This document shows, piece after piece, positions 1-12,300 of a stretch of DNA of 43,451 nt (position 1 is the first letter of the stretch; every line of letters starts with the position of its first letter). Position numbers and translations under genes: made by a program. Source of the stretch: Craspedostauros australis (lineage: Eukaryota); contig JALAGF010005216.1 in assembly GCA_030167865.1 (NCBI GenBank), forward strand, positions 1 through 43,451, read 5' to 3'. Below the pieces are notes generated by a model. That model did not search any database, had not been told where the DNA came from, and saw nothing but the letters and a program-made list of their open reading frames with translations.

Positions 1-227
1 ATGTTCACCACTGATGCGTTGTGGGGTGCTTGCGAAACCTGTTGGGAGCAATTTGGGCTGGACAAGCTGGCAAGTGCGTATGTTTGCCACCATCAGATCG
101 CCTACGCAATTTGTGCTGCGGAAGGAGGTGACGAATTTGTGATGGAGCGCAAGGGCCTGAGCATGAATGTGCGGAAACAAACGTTCACCGAAACTGACAA
201 GAACGGCAACAAGATCGGCGTTACCGT
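1..227 (+). mobile_element. Partial second copy of Tc1/mariner-like transposase coding sequence, cut by the window start and an N gap
   Basis: Nearly identical to 474..700 (13 substitutions in 227 nt by my manual count); encodes MFTTDALWGACETCWEQFGLDK...GVT. Confidence 0.7.
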
Positions 228-277
228 NNNNNNNNNNNNNNNNNNNNNNNNNNNNNNNNNNNNNNNNNNNNNNNNNN
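228..277. other. Assembly gap (50 N)
   Basis: Run of N in the sequence. Confidence 1.
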
Positions 278-278
278 G

Positions 279-1151
279 TACCAGATGGATGGCGCAGGGC
301 CACACAGAGACACGGAACTGCTCAGGTTCATCAACGAGGAGTTCGACAGTCGCGGATGGCACCTACGATTCCAACCATCAAATTCTCCCATCACGAATGT
401 GAAAGACGATGCAATATTCCCAGCGATGTCAAAACACGTGTCAGCACATCAAGGTAAGCACTACGGGAGTCGCATGTTCACCACTGATGCGTTGTGGGGT
501 GCTTGCAAAACCTGTTGGGAGCAATTTGGGCTGGACAAGGTGGCGCGTGCGTATGTTCGCCACCATCAGATCGCCTACGCAATTTGTGCTGCGGAAGGAG
601 GTGACGAATTTGTGACAGAGCGCAAGGGCCTGAGCATGAACGTGCGGAAACAAACGTTCACTGAAACTGACGAGGATGGCAACAAGATCGGCGTTACTGT
701 GTCTCACACGGACTTTGTGTTGGAGGAGGATGAGGCAACCTGCGCAACCACCAAGAAACCAACTGCAACAGGCAACAAAGGCAAATCAGCTGGCTTCAAA
801 TACACCAAGCCCGACATCGAAGGTATGTACAATGATGCGCTCAAGGTGATGGCTGTCAGTGGACTGCAGTGCCTGAAAACGAACCTGCGAACAACCAGCA
901 GCCTCATTCCGTTGCTGGAGAAGCAAATCGTTGTGACCACCAAAGCCAACGAGGAGGCTGAACAACAGAAGACAGGCAAGAAGAAGAAGACGCCTAGCAA
1001 GAGCAAAGCCAAGATCATTGAGCCTCACAACAACAACAACAGCAAGACCGAGGCAGCACCCACCATGAACACATTTGAAGTGGCCATGTTCGTTGGCAAG
1101 ACCGAGCATCACAGCAAAGCAGAGCAGGACAGCAACACAGCAGAGATGTAA
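279..1151 (+). mobile_element. Tc1/mariner (IS630-Tc1-mariner) transposase, C-terminal part; 5' end lost in the gap
   Basis: YQMDGAGPH...GWHLRFQPSNSPITNVKDDAIF matches the QxDxAxPH...QPxNSPDxNxxD signature of plant/oomycete-type mariner transposases; the frame is open to TAA at 1149-1151. Confidence 0.72.
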
Positions 1152-1868
1152 CTGCAAGTCGAAGTATTAGTGATGATATGTTTTAGACACACCTGTGATT
1201 GGAGTGCCTATGTGCGCATCATCTGCTTGATGGCATGGAGGATTGTGATGTGTGGCATGGTGTGTGATGTTTGTTTTGTGTTTTGTGATGAGTGGTGTGA
1301 TTTTTGTGACGAGGACCGTTATTTTTGTGTCGTGAATGGTGTGCGTTGTGGAGCCATCGCGTTGTGTTGTGCCGCTCTGGTCGGAAAAATTCCAGCCGAA
1401 CCACACACAAAAACGCTCCAAGGCCTCAACTGCATCGATCGGAGCGCCAGCACAATCGATGTGTGTTGCACAAACCAATCGAATGGCAAAGGCTTCTCTT
1501 TGTTGTCACTGCACTCGTACATCTGTACCACATCGTGCCATGCCAGTACTCCGCTTTCTTTTCATCACAAATGTGCAACCCTTGCGATCTTTGCTGCCAT
1601 CAAGTCCACGCGTCTGTACTCGTCACTGGAGCACCAACGATGCATCCCCTGATCATTCATCTCTGCTCGTGCCCTGCCGATGACACTGCCACTAGCACAA
1701 TCATCGTGTATTGGTGGAGCAGAGTAGAGTAGAGCAGATCGCAACGAATACACACCATACAATGCTCGTATGCTATACTATGCTGTGTTGTGATGTGCTA
1801 GCGTAGCACCTATTATATGATATGAATGCATTGTGCGAATTACGCCCACTGCACCTTTCTTGTGTAAT

Positions 1869-3704
1869 CTACCTATTCCACCACAGTTCGGAGGCATCCA
1901 GATGACGAGCGTTGGTGATCTTCGTGCAAATCATGTTGTTGCGCTTGGTATCGTACGCGGTGTGATGGCTGGGTGACAGCCAGCTGACATCGACCTCGTC
2001 AAATCCGCATTCGATGAATCATTCCGTCGTCTGCGCGCTGAGAACGAAGACGCAGGACGCCCCCTTCTGCAGACACAGACATTCCAGGTAGCCAAGCATG
2101 GCATCACCAAGTCCTTGCACGCATTAGCTGCGATCCACGATGAGGCAAGCGATCTTAGCGAACCTGTTCTCCAACATCTTGAGCTGCCCAATCACCACAA
2201 CGAGGTCATTGCGCGTGTAGACGTGGTATGAGGATAACCATTTTCTAGCATGGCCTTTGGCCGATCCACTAGCGTTCCCATCTGGATGAGCGGTGTGATG
2301 AGCTCATGGATGGCATTGATGTCCTCGATCTTGGCCTGGCGGATATCATTGTAGAGTTCACGAGAGAGCATGGTGCCGCTGCTGTCTCGTGTGCACAGCT
2401 CCTGCAGCAACGCCCCATGCCATGGTGAGATGATGTGTGCACGTCAGACGCCCTGCTCAAGTGCATACATTGCCCAGCCAATCTTGATGAGCTTGTTGCG
2501 CTTGGCGCTTTCCTGGGGACAGCTCTCGCCCAAGGTGACGAGACCGCGCTTGTGGACGTTGACAGTGCGGTGTCGCAGCAGGTTGTGGGCGTCCTTGACG
2601 CGCAGATGATGAATCTGCTTGCCATGGACATTGTGCCGCAGCTGCATGTTGCCTTCTGTGAAGTAGATGATCTTGCTCGCATCCATGGCACCTGCGACCA
2701 AGCCTGCCAAACTTTTGGAATTGACATTGAAGACTTCATTGCTGGTGCTGATACCCCATGTTGTGAGCAGGACGATATCGCAGGAGTTGTGAACCAGACA
2801 GATCTTCTTGATCTCGATGCGACGCGTGAATCCTGTGGATATAGAATTGACACCATCAAGGATGTTCAATGGCTGCGCCATGTTGATAGGATCCATTTGG
2901 TGGGGACTGTTGGTGCCGGTGCTGGTAATTGCCATTGCCATTCGATTGATATTCCGAATTGAAATGCGTGGTCTGCTTTGACAATGGCATGTGCGAGTCG
3001 TTGGCACCCTGCATGCGCAATGATCGTGCCAGATGACGTTCGATCTTGTATCCGATATATCCCACCACCTCCTTGACGACGCGCAACGCATCGCGGTCTG
3101 TGACCGTCATGCCATGATGCCAATCCTGCCCCGCGAAATGTTGCTACAGCTGGAAACGGCATCCTGCGACGATGATGATCTTGATGCTCAGCAACCATGA
3201 CAACGCAATGTCGTTCATGAGGTCCTGCAGGAAGTTGGCATCCTGACCCTCCATGAGATCGCCCAGATTGTGGAAGACAACCAGGGTGTTGCAATGGTTG
3301 GCGATATAGTTGGCGGAACCGCGGAACATGTTGACGAAGGTGGATTCTTTGATGCTGTTGGCATCCATGTCCTCGGGGAGGTCACTGCCATTCGCTGCAT
3401 TGGAATCCAGCCTGTCACAGTCGACAATATTGATGTCCTTTGGGTTGATGGCGAGGAAGGAGGTGTCTTCATGATTGGAATCGTCTACTTTATTGTCGAC
3501 ATCAGCGGTTGCGGCTTGTGTAGCGACTGCTTCTTCTGCATTGCGATTGGATATTGTTGGTTTCCATTGTGAGATTGGTCAACGCGGACTCGTCTTGGCT
3601 GTCATGGCCTGGTGCATTCTGTTGTTGCTTCGCACAGTCATCACGTTGTCTTGTGCAGGAAGAGTCACACGATGTCTCTTCCTCTGTTGTGACTCGTTTT
3701 TCAT
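1869..3704 (-). pseudogene. argA: N-acetylglutamate synthase (amino-acid kinase domain + GNAT domain) pseudogene
   Basis: Consecutive fragments FVNMFRGSANYIANH, LMNDIALSWLL, VTDRDALRVVKE, EVFNVNSKSLA, GV*RAHII, LLQELCTRDSSGTMLSR, GLGDAMLGYLE, FVLSAQT and GFDEVD, ending LWWNR* (stop 1869-1871). Interrupted by several in-frame stops (e.g. 3144-3146, 2444-2446) and frameshifts. Confidence 0.9.
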
Positions 3705-3877
3705 CACGCCGAATCCGTCTTGTGACGTAGAAGACGGATCAGCGAGAGCAAACACGAAATAGCTCTAAATATCCAATCGCCGTTTCTCCCAAAAGCAAGC
3801 AAACCAGTGGCAACAAGGGGCCAAAACTCCACAACTAGTGTTATCGTGACCCCATTCTGCATTTGGTGCAGGTCGTA

Positions 3878-4519
3878 GCATGCGTCCGGACGCAAATTGA
3901 ACGCTCAGTTTGCGTCCCGACGCAAATGTAAGGTCGCCGAAAATACCACTTGTACTACTTAAGTCCCATGTTTCTCCACGATGTCCCGTGTTGCAGAAAA
4001 AAAANNNNNNNNNNNNNNNNNNNNNNNNNNNNNNNNNNNNNNNNNNNNNNNNNNNNNNNNNNNNNNNNNNNNNNNNNNNNNNNNNNNNNNNNNNNNNNNN
4101 NNNNNNNNCACGGCGTCATTGGTCATGTCTCAGGGGTTCCTTTCCGTGCGCCTGTCTTGCTTTTCTGACGTCATGGGATCTAAGGTAATGATTTTTTACT
4201 TTTTGATTTCGATGTCATTCACCACGCTCCTGACAACAACACCAAAATCCTGGCAAGGGTGTAACACAACAAGGAGGGTGGAGCACGAATCATGATTATT
4301 GTTTGTTCAATTACCGCAACTGCAGCGATTATTATCGATATAAGACATGAGTCATGTCGTGAGTCGAGATGGCCAGCGAAAAAGGGTTTAAAAAAAAAAC
4401 GGCTTCTCGTAAAGCGTATTTGGGCTAGTCCTTTGAGTCGCCGCTTGCGTCCGGACGCAAATTGGCCCAATTTGCGTGGCGACGCAAACTGCACCTCCAA
4501 TTTGCGTCCGGACGCAAGG
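3878..4519. mobile_element. Non-autonomous TIR element (MITE-like) flanked by TA dinucleotides; contains an assembly gap
   Basis: Left end TGCGTCCGGACGCAAATTG-n6-CAGTTTGCGTC-n3-ACGCAAAT (3881-3927) matches the reverse complement of the right end (4470-4516). TA at 3876-3877 and 4520-4521. Confidence 0.7.
4005..4108. other. Assembly gap (104 N)
   Basis: Run of N in the sequence. Confidence 1.
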
Positions 4520-4773
4520 TACGTAGGCCAGTACCAGGCCAAAATCATTAGGGATATCCAACCCCACACGAGATCCGTGAATCGAGTCGCTCGAAAAAGC
4601 CTAGACATGTTGAAACTAGAATTATGGCCTGATCGCATAGCAGGCATGGCACAGCGGAAATGCTTTGGCCGCCATGGACTACTGACGTTTGTTCAGTGAC
4701 GCTATGAGCAGGGTAAATATAAGATGGTACGAGGGTTGGTTCGAGTGTGGTGCATTTGTCCATTCCCCAATGG

Positions 4774-6114
4774 TCAGTCAGAAACGGATGTGGCTGAGAT
4801 GGTCCCTGGAGGTGTTACGAGCTGAAGCAACGCTTTGTAAGCAGGTAGCTCCCATGACTCGTCGTAGAAGTAGATTCGATACCCATTGGCTGTGTCATCT
4901 TCCTCTTTCCTGGAGTCCTTGAACCAAAACTTGGTCCGCCCTGCGATTGACAAATCAACACGCAGATGCATCAGTGCGGCGACGATAATGGTGGCAAGAA
5001 GATGTCGTGTCGGTGAATGAGAAAGAGAATTGGGATTGGACATTGGTGTTGAACAGCGATGCGGCAGCGTACGTATTGATGGTCAGATGATAAAGAGATG
5101 CAGGCGGGCAGGACCGGCCATATGAATGTGAAGTTCCAGCGTGGACGGAATAGTTGAAAATGTGAAGATTCAACGCCGTGCAAAAGTCAACGTGGCTCAT
5201 ATCGATTTCGCGTGCCGTGGCGGCTGGGCAGAATTCTCGTAAGAATTGCTATACACCTGCCATGTAGGAATATGCTCACCTATCACATCAACCTTCGGTT
5301 TCCACCAGAGTTTGTTCAGTTCGCCCACCATGTTCCATCGAGCCTCAACGTATTCGTCTTTCAGCTGAATATCCAGAAGCGTTGATTCCGTATTCTCGCA
5401 GAAGCGGTCGACCAATGGAACCAGATTCTCCATGTTGCTCATGTACTTGTCGACGCCTTGGAACGACAGCGTCGGGTCTGTGAACGTACAGTCCTCCGCA
5501 AAACAGGCCAGATCAAGCTTGCCTGTCCACAGGTAATTGTTGACTGTGTAATCATCTCGCAACCTCGATAGCAGCTCGCGGGGATTCCGAGCCGATGAAG
5601 TAACCGGATTGGTCAGAGCAAGCTGTGCTTGTCCCTGTGCTTGTTCTCCCGTATCGCCGTTTGACGTGGCGTCCACGCCGATGTCACCGCGGGCGCCATC
5701 ATTTCTTGCCGGCGTGAGCGACTTGCTCCCAGCGGCAACTGAGTTGATGAGGCCCGTGAGAGCCGACACTATCCCCTTGCTTGCGCCGTCGGAGTCATCG
5801 TATCCCAAAAAGTCGCCACCAGCTTCGCCAGCGGATCTTGTTTTGCTGTCATCGTTGGATGCGCCTGCGGAGAGCCGAGTTCGTTTGCTCGCAGCACCAG
5901 GAGCGCCGACTGTGGCGTTGTCTCTGCTCATGCAAACAGTGGATCCGTCACCACCAACGGTCTCCATTCCGCCGCATTGATCGCGTGCTTGCGTGTTGGT
6001 AATGCCGGAAGCTGTGGCGTGCGATGATGGGATCGTGACGAACCCCATAGCGTTGCGGCCATTGAGAATGCCGCAAAGCACGATAGCGAGTGGCAGAGTA
6101 CACGATCCCTTCAT
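4774..6114 (-). CDS. SnoaL/NTF2-like (DUF2358-type) protein, probably plastid-targeted; exons 6114-5280 and 4940-4774
   Basis: YLWTGKLD...FAEDCTFTDPTLSFQG...ARWNMVG...WKP continues as GRTKFWF...YDESWE across a GTGAG...CGCAG intron (4941-5279) that keeps the frame. The N-terminus has a signal peptide followed by AMG|F, resembling the diatom ASAFAP motif. Confidence 0.75.
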
Positions 6115-6602
6115 GTTGCGGTTGCGTTGCTACGTTGCTACGTTTCTTTGGTTGCCTGGTGGATGATGGATGATGCAATCGATGGTGAAGATGCTTTCGG
6201 CAGGGGCTGTGCATTTATTTGATAATATCTTTGCGCAGGGTGTGTGCTGGCTCGCACAGTGTGTGTGTTTTTGTGTGGATAGTTGGCGAAAAAGTCTGCG
6301 TCATCATGGTCGCATCTGGTCTCTGGTGACAAGCATGAGGGAGGTGCCGGTTCCTGTACGACTATGTAGCTCGGGGATCGCAGCGTCCGTCCTCTTGAGA
6401 TTATTAAACGAGTTGACGGACAATGGCACATAATAGTCGACAGAGCCTATCGAAGCAAGCAGTTTGGATATTGCACTTCATTGTTTACCCACATAGTTCA
6501 CGATGGAGAGCAAAACGATGCCAGAGTCACTATACTTTTGCTGAGACCGTGTAGGACTTGCAGGACGCCAGTGCCAGCTGCGCTGTGCTTGATTGGAGTA
6601 CA

Positions 6603-9354
6603 CTATCTGTTTTTGCTATCGCCATCGCCGCCGTCTTCCCGGAGAAGTTCGGCCGCCAGGACCTTGAGCCCAAAGACGCCGCGCGGCTCGGTGTCCAAGT
6701 ATCGCGCTCGGGTTATGCTCGGCGGATCTGTCATTTGCTGAAGGGATTGCTTCAGATCGGCGATGGACGTCGCCTGTCTGTCGCTGACATGCGACAGGAA
6801 CGTCTTGACGTCGCTGCCGTTGTCCTCCAGTACCTGATTCACGATGACGTTGCGGACCTTGATGGGCATGTCCGGTGCGTCGAAGGTGAGGTCATTGAGC
6901 AGTCTCACGGACTCGCGCACAGCAAGCTCGGTTGGCACGGTGACGATGAGAAAATCGGTTTGGTCTGGGTTGGCGAACAGATCTTCCAGGTCGTACATCT
7001 GCAGCTGGAATGACAGCAGCTGGGACTTGGCGGCCGTCCCGGCGCTCTCTACGTCATCCGTCGATGCTCCAGCTTGTCCCGCGGCGCTGCTGATAAACAT
7101 CTTCACCATGGAGTTGGAATTGACCTTCTCGGCGATGATGAGAAGCCGGTCGATGAGCTCGGCCAGGAATCCGGGCGTGCTCAGCATCCTCAGCGTGTGC
7201 CCCGTCGGCGCAGTGTCAAGGACGATGCGATCGTAGTCACCCTTCTTCACGAGGTTCACCACCTGCGCTAATGCAACCACTTCGTCCGTTCCAGCCGGCA
7301 ACGTGTCGAAGATTTCCTCCAGATCCTTCAGCGTACTCTTCAGTTCCGACTGCTGACCGCTCCCATCGTCGCCGCCACCGACCAGTTGGTCGACGATGCC
7401 CTTGAACTTGTTGAGCGCAGACGTCGGGTCCACCTCCAGCACGGACAGAGATCCTTCGCCAAGGTTCGCATTGGGGACTCCGATGAGCGGGCAGTCCATG
7501 AGCTGACCATTGGAGAGATCCATGTCGATGGCATCCCCCAGACTGTGCGCCGGGTCGGTCGATATCAATGCCACCTTGTGCCCCTTCGCAGCCATGGACA
7601 CAGCGAGAGAGGATGACGTGGTGGTCTTACCGACACCGCCCTTCCCGCCGCAGATGACGACCTTGGGTCCGTCGGGTCCTTGCGAACCGTCGCCGTCCAT
7701 GATGTGTGCAAAATGCGGATTGTCCGCGATGTGCTGAGACCCGACGTATCCCAACGCGGGAATGCCGACCAGCTCAACATCGAAAAAGGGGAGCTTGGTG
7801 ACGTGGATCCCGCCCGTTGACAGCCCGTTCGACTGGTACTCTTCGCTTGCGCTCACATCGTCGACTGCCGCCTGCAGATTGTCGATCCATGTTGCCTGTC
7901 CTGCCTGCCGACGTTCGTAGTACTTGACCAATGCTTCGTCGGATTCGTCTGAAGAACGATTTTCCCGACAGGGTTGAAGTGTGTGAGCTGTAGTAGATAT
8001 CATGTACACGTGTATCATAGTTGAGCAGAGTACGATCTACTCTATCGCAGTCTGACAATTGCGGAATGCAGCATATCCCAATGATCATCATGGTCATCGC
8101 CATCAGGCACCTATTCTTCGCTCCCTTTTCCCTTTTCCGTTGTCCGTAGTCCCTTATTCTGTTGCGACGACGAATAGATGGCAATGCAGCGATCCCAAAA
8201 CCAAACACAATAGTCACAGCATCGGTGCCCGCAGTCGCACTCAAAACAGGCATCGTGATAGCATCCAATATCGATGCCAATACCAATCTTGACATTGACA
8301 TTGACGTTCACAATGATAACTCACCAACCTCATCCTCGTCACCGACGCATTGGTTGATGACAACGTCCTTCACGGCAATGCCCTGATCTCTCAGTTCTGC
8401 AACCAGCCTTTTGCTTTCGGCAACGGCCAATTTGGTCGGGACCGTGACTACGAGGAAGCTGGTCTCTTCGCTGTCCTGCAAACGAGTTTGGAGATTGGCG
8501 ATCTTCGCCCGGAACTGTTCGATTCGATCCAAGGCCGTGTCGATCTGCTGCGAGCGTTCGCGGGCCTCTGCGTTGCCCAGGAATGCCTGCAGCGTCGACG
8601 TGAGCCCGCTGAGCTTCATGCGCAACTGAATGAGCTTCCCGAGCAGGCCATCAAGGAACTGCGGCAGAGCGAGCAGCCTCAGAGTGTGACCTGTGGGTGC
8701 CGTGTCCACGATCACGACATCGTATCCCGCTCCGTCGCCATCGTCACTCATGACATTCCCCAGCGCCACCAACTCGTCCAGACCTGGCGGAGGGTTGTTG
8801 AGGAGGTTGCTGAATTCTCGCAATCCCAGTGATTCCAGCAGATCGGCCGACACGCCCAACGACGATGCCAGCCTGTCGACATCGAAGCTGGCCAACGATT
8901 CTCGGAAGCCATCCAGCGCGGCTTCTGCGTCGACTTCGCAGGCATCCAGCCTTCCGCCCGTGATCGGGTCCATCAAGGTGACGGGCGTGCCGTGCGATGA
9001 CCTCAAATCCTCGTCGATGGCATCTCCTAGGGAGTGCGCTGGATCGGTCGAAACCACCAAGACCTTCAGATCCTCTTCCAGCATGCTTGCCAGCTGCACT
9101 GCGAGCGATGATGACACGGTGGTCTTTCCGACGCCACCCTTCCCGCCAACGAAGATCGTCTTGCGTTTGGATGACGCTGACTGCGAGGCCGTGATCTCTT
9201 CGATCAGTGGATTCAACGAGAACAGCTTCGGCAGACCTTGGTGATGATGGGAGTGCACATGCATCGGCTTCAGGTTCAACGACGGCTGAAAGCCTTGCGT
9301 GAGCACCATGTAGCTGGCAGCCTGCAGAAGGCACAGCATCAGCAGAGGTTGCAT
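6603..9354 (-). CDS. GET3: Tandem two-domain ArsA/GET3-family ATPase with bipartite plastid presequence; exons 9354-8325 and 7948-6603
   Basis: Two complete motif sets (GGKGGVGKTT, STDPAHSLGD, DTAPTGHTLR) joined in frame by a GTGAGT...TTCAG intron (7949-8324). N-terminus MQPLLMLCLLQAASYMVLTQG|FQPS. An alternative in-frame ATG lies at 9399. Confidence 0.9.
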
Positions 9355-12300
9355 CCTGCGCGTTTCATGTCCCCACCCGCTGCTTGGCCACATCTTCATC
9401 CTTCGTGATGGTCTTCGTTGTCTTCGTCGTCTTCGTCGTCTCTGTTGTCTCTGTCGTCGTGAGTGTCTCTTTTGGTTTCGTCTCCTCGTCTCTCTGTGGT
9501 TATGAACCAGATGGTCTTGGTCTTCCTCAAACTTGGTCCTTGTTGCCACGCCAAGCAACGCGCGTACCACCAACCACCAGGCTGGTGTTTGTCACGTGGA
9601 AGCAGAGAAAGCGGAGGAGGAAGAAGATCCGCTTCGTGGTGATGGGTTGGCTGTTGGGCACAAACGGTCGGTTTGGATCTTTCCGGATGCGGATTTCCAC
9701 GCGAAGATGTGTTTGGGTGGTTGGGTTGGCACCACAAGCCATTGTGACGTCACGGAATCCAAGATTCAGCTTTTCGATCAGACGAGTCCAGTGAATTCAC
9801 TCCGATCAGTCGGAGTCGTCGGACAGAAACGAAATGGGTGAAGGTAGATGGCCGCTCTCCCTCTCTCCCGCGCCCTGCGCTTGCCGTGCGGGTAGAGAAA
9901 GGGAGGGAAACCTGTTATCGATTTCTGCACAAGCTGCTATACGAGCAGAGAATAGAACATGGGACGATCCTCTCCGTAATCGTGGGTCGTCACTCGAACG
10001 AGCGTCAACACTTATTCTACTCCAACGGTAGCAATCATAACGTCCTCGGGCGCTGTTGGACGTTTTGATCAGCCCAGGAAACAGGCTCTGTGGATGAAAA
10101 CGATAGGAATGATCAAAACCACGAACAACAAGTGCACCGGTCCAGTTCCGCTTCTCTCTTGGGCAAGAGGAGGAACAGCGGAGAACTGCACTCATGACTT
10201 CAACTAATCCGGGCTAGTGTGAATTAGACTATCATCTTGGCGTTGTTGTCCATGAATTACGAGTAGGACATCATCAAAGCTGCACGCCAGTACTGGGCAA
10301 ATGTGGACGTGCTCAAGGTGCGAGCACTACCGAAGCACGAGTACGGCTTCACTCTTGTTCACTGTGGCAATGATCTTCATCCGTTCCTGCTGTATGACTC
10401 ATGCAGAATAAACGAGACGGCACAAAGCGCCTACGGCGCATAGTTAACGACTATTCATAGTGGTACAACAACAACAACAAAAACAATAGCAATAGTCTTG
10501 TATTGCACAGCGCTTTCTGCCGCGGCCAAGGCGGTTCGCGACACAGCTCGAAATGTCGGCATCGTGACTATCGTCGCCAACTTGGATCTTGTTGCGTGTC
10601 TTGAGACACTCAGCTGTATAGCTGTATAATTATGGACCAGGGCGTTGCAGTGTCGTGCTCGGACAGGTGTGCTAGATTCATTGCTCTACTCATACGAGGA
10701 TGTGTATGGTACGACTCTGAGACAATTGTGCTCTCTCATTCTTGAGTAGAGCATCATTCATCCTCGTAACTGTGCTGTGAATACATCGCTCTCTCTCTCT
10801 CTCTCTGCTTCTCTGCGCTTCCAACCAAGCACCATAGTCTACAAGTATGATGCTGCTCGAGTTTTGCACAATTGCAATACGAGGACGGGAGAACATCATG
10901 CCCATCCTCAAGTTACATGCAAGACTATGGACAAGCCCCCCTCTGATGAGCGTATGGCACCATGCTGGTACAGGGCAGAGCAATGCAGGGCTGGCCGAGA
11001 GAGTGTGGAAACTCATGATCCACGTTCCACGTGTACTGGTACGTATGGTTGGAAGGGAGAAACAGCGAGATCGAGATCGGGATCGAGAGCGAGTAGGGCA
11101 TGTAGAGCATGTAGAGCACTCGTACTCGTACGCAGACGAAGGCGAAGACAGCAGCAGCCCGGGTGGCAGATGCAAGAAAGAATGAAGCAGACCAGAGCAT
11201 CAAACCGTACCAAGAATGTTGCGTGCGTTCGCTGGGAGAGGATGCTCCTGTGCGCGTTGGGGTTGCCATCCTCTGTCGGTTCTTCGTTTTGATTGGTCTC
11301 CGACACTGTCTTGAGAACTCGGGTCTGGTCGTTTCTGTTGCGGTTCAGACCCAAACCATCACCAAAAGGAGCCATGCCGATCGGTGTATGGGCAATACAG
11401 GACGAGCTGCTCGTAGAGCATAGTATGGTAATGACGACCGTCCTGACAGGTACGCAACAACTGTACTCGCGGAGTGCGAAAAGCACGGAGCCGAGTACTC
11501 TTGCGCTCTCGTCGTCGGCATGGACTGGCCCAACCAACGCCTCTCGCAAACGCCCAAAGCCCCAAGACCAACACAACTAACGACATGTTCTTGTTTGTCC
11601 GGTTGGATGGCCGCCAACAGGTCCAGGAAGCATCGGTTGTGATGACCAACGGACGGTGATCGCGGCGACACTCACCTAGTCCACATGGCGACGAACCGAG
11701 GTCATTTTTTAGGGCGTCTTGCCCCATAGACTTTTCCACAGTGACGACGAATCACCAAATTTAGCGTCCTGTCTGAGCAAGGAAACTTCCACGGACTCGA
11801 ATGGTGGAAGCTTGCGAGTTGTGCCTAACGTCTCCACACATGTGGGTCTTGGTGTGGCACGATGACGACGCGACGACCGGAAAAGATGCCCATCCCAGAC
11901 AGTAATGCACGCCTGCTCAGTGTCGCGGTTGTCTTGGTCTTTTCTTTGTTCTCTTCCTCTTTTGTGACAGAGTTTCGCCCAAAACGGATGACAGCATGTC
12001 GCCAAAATGTCGTGGGACGTCATTTGTGTTTGGTTGGTCTGCGACGCGGGAAGAGAAACCCGGAAGCCCAAGTGCGAGCTACTGGGACGCTCAGCACGTG
12101 CACGACTGCGAGGTGTGACCAACAACACGATACGAGCAGTCGTACGAGTAGAGAAGCAGCCACCAAACACAAAAACTATGTCTGTGGGTACTCGTTGGCA
12201 GCACCACCCTACGGTTTCACACACATCAATTCGTCACAGCGGAGTGGCGAGAAGGTGGAATGGAGACAACATCGCTAAGCCTTCATTGAAAAGAACAACC

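Noticed and set aside
3881..4517. Regularly spaced palindromic repeats as a CRISPR array
   Set aside because: Spacers are only about 10-12 nt, there are just 2+3 units arranged as inverted ends, no cas genes are present and the context is eukaryotic; TIR sub-repeats explain it better.
6603..9354. Arsenic-resistance operon (arsA)
   Set aside because: No arsB, arsC, arsD or arsR nearby; the gene is spliced, has a plastid-type presequence and shows Get3-like motifs.
9400..9573. Arg-rich N-terminal extension of the GET3 ORF (RRQRQQRRRRRR)
   Set aside because: It begins at a non-ATG codon and is the translation of GTC/TTC-type simple repeats upstream of a good signal peptide; likely 5' UTR.
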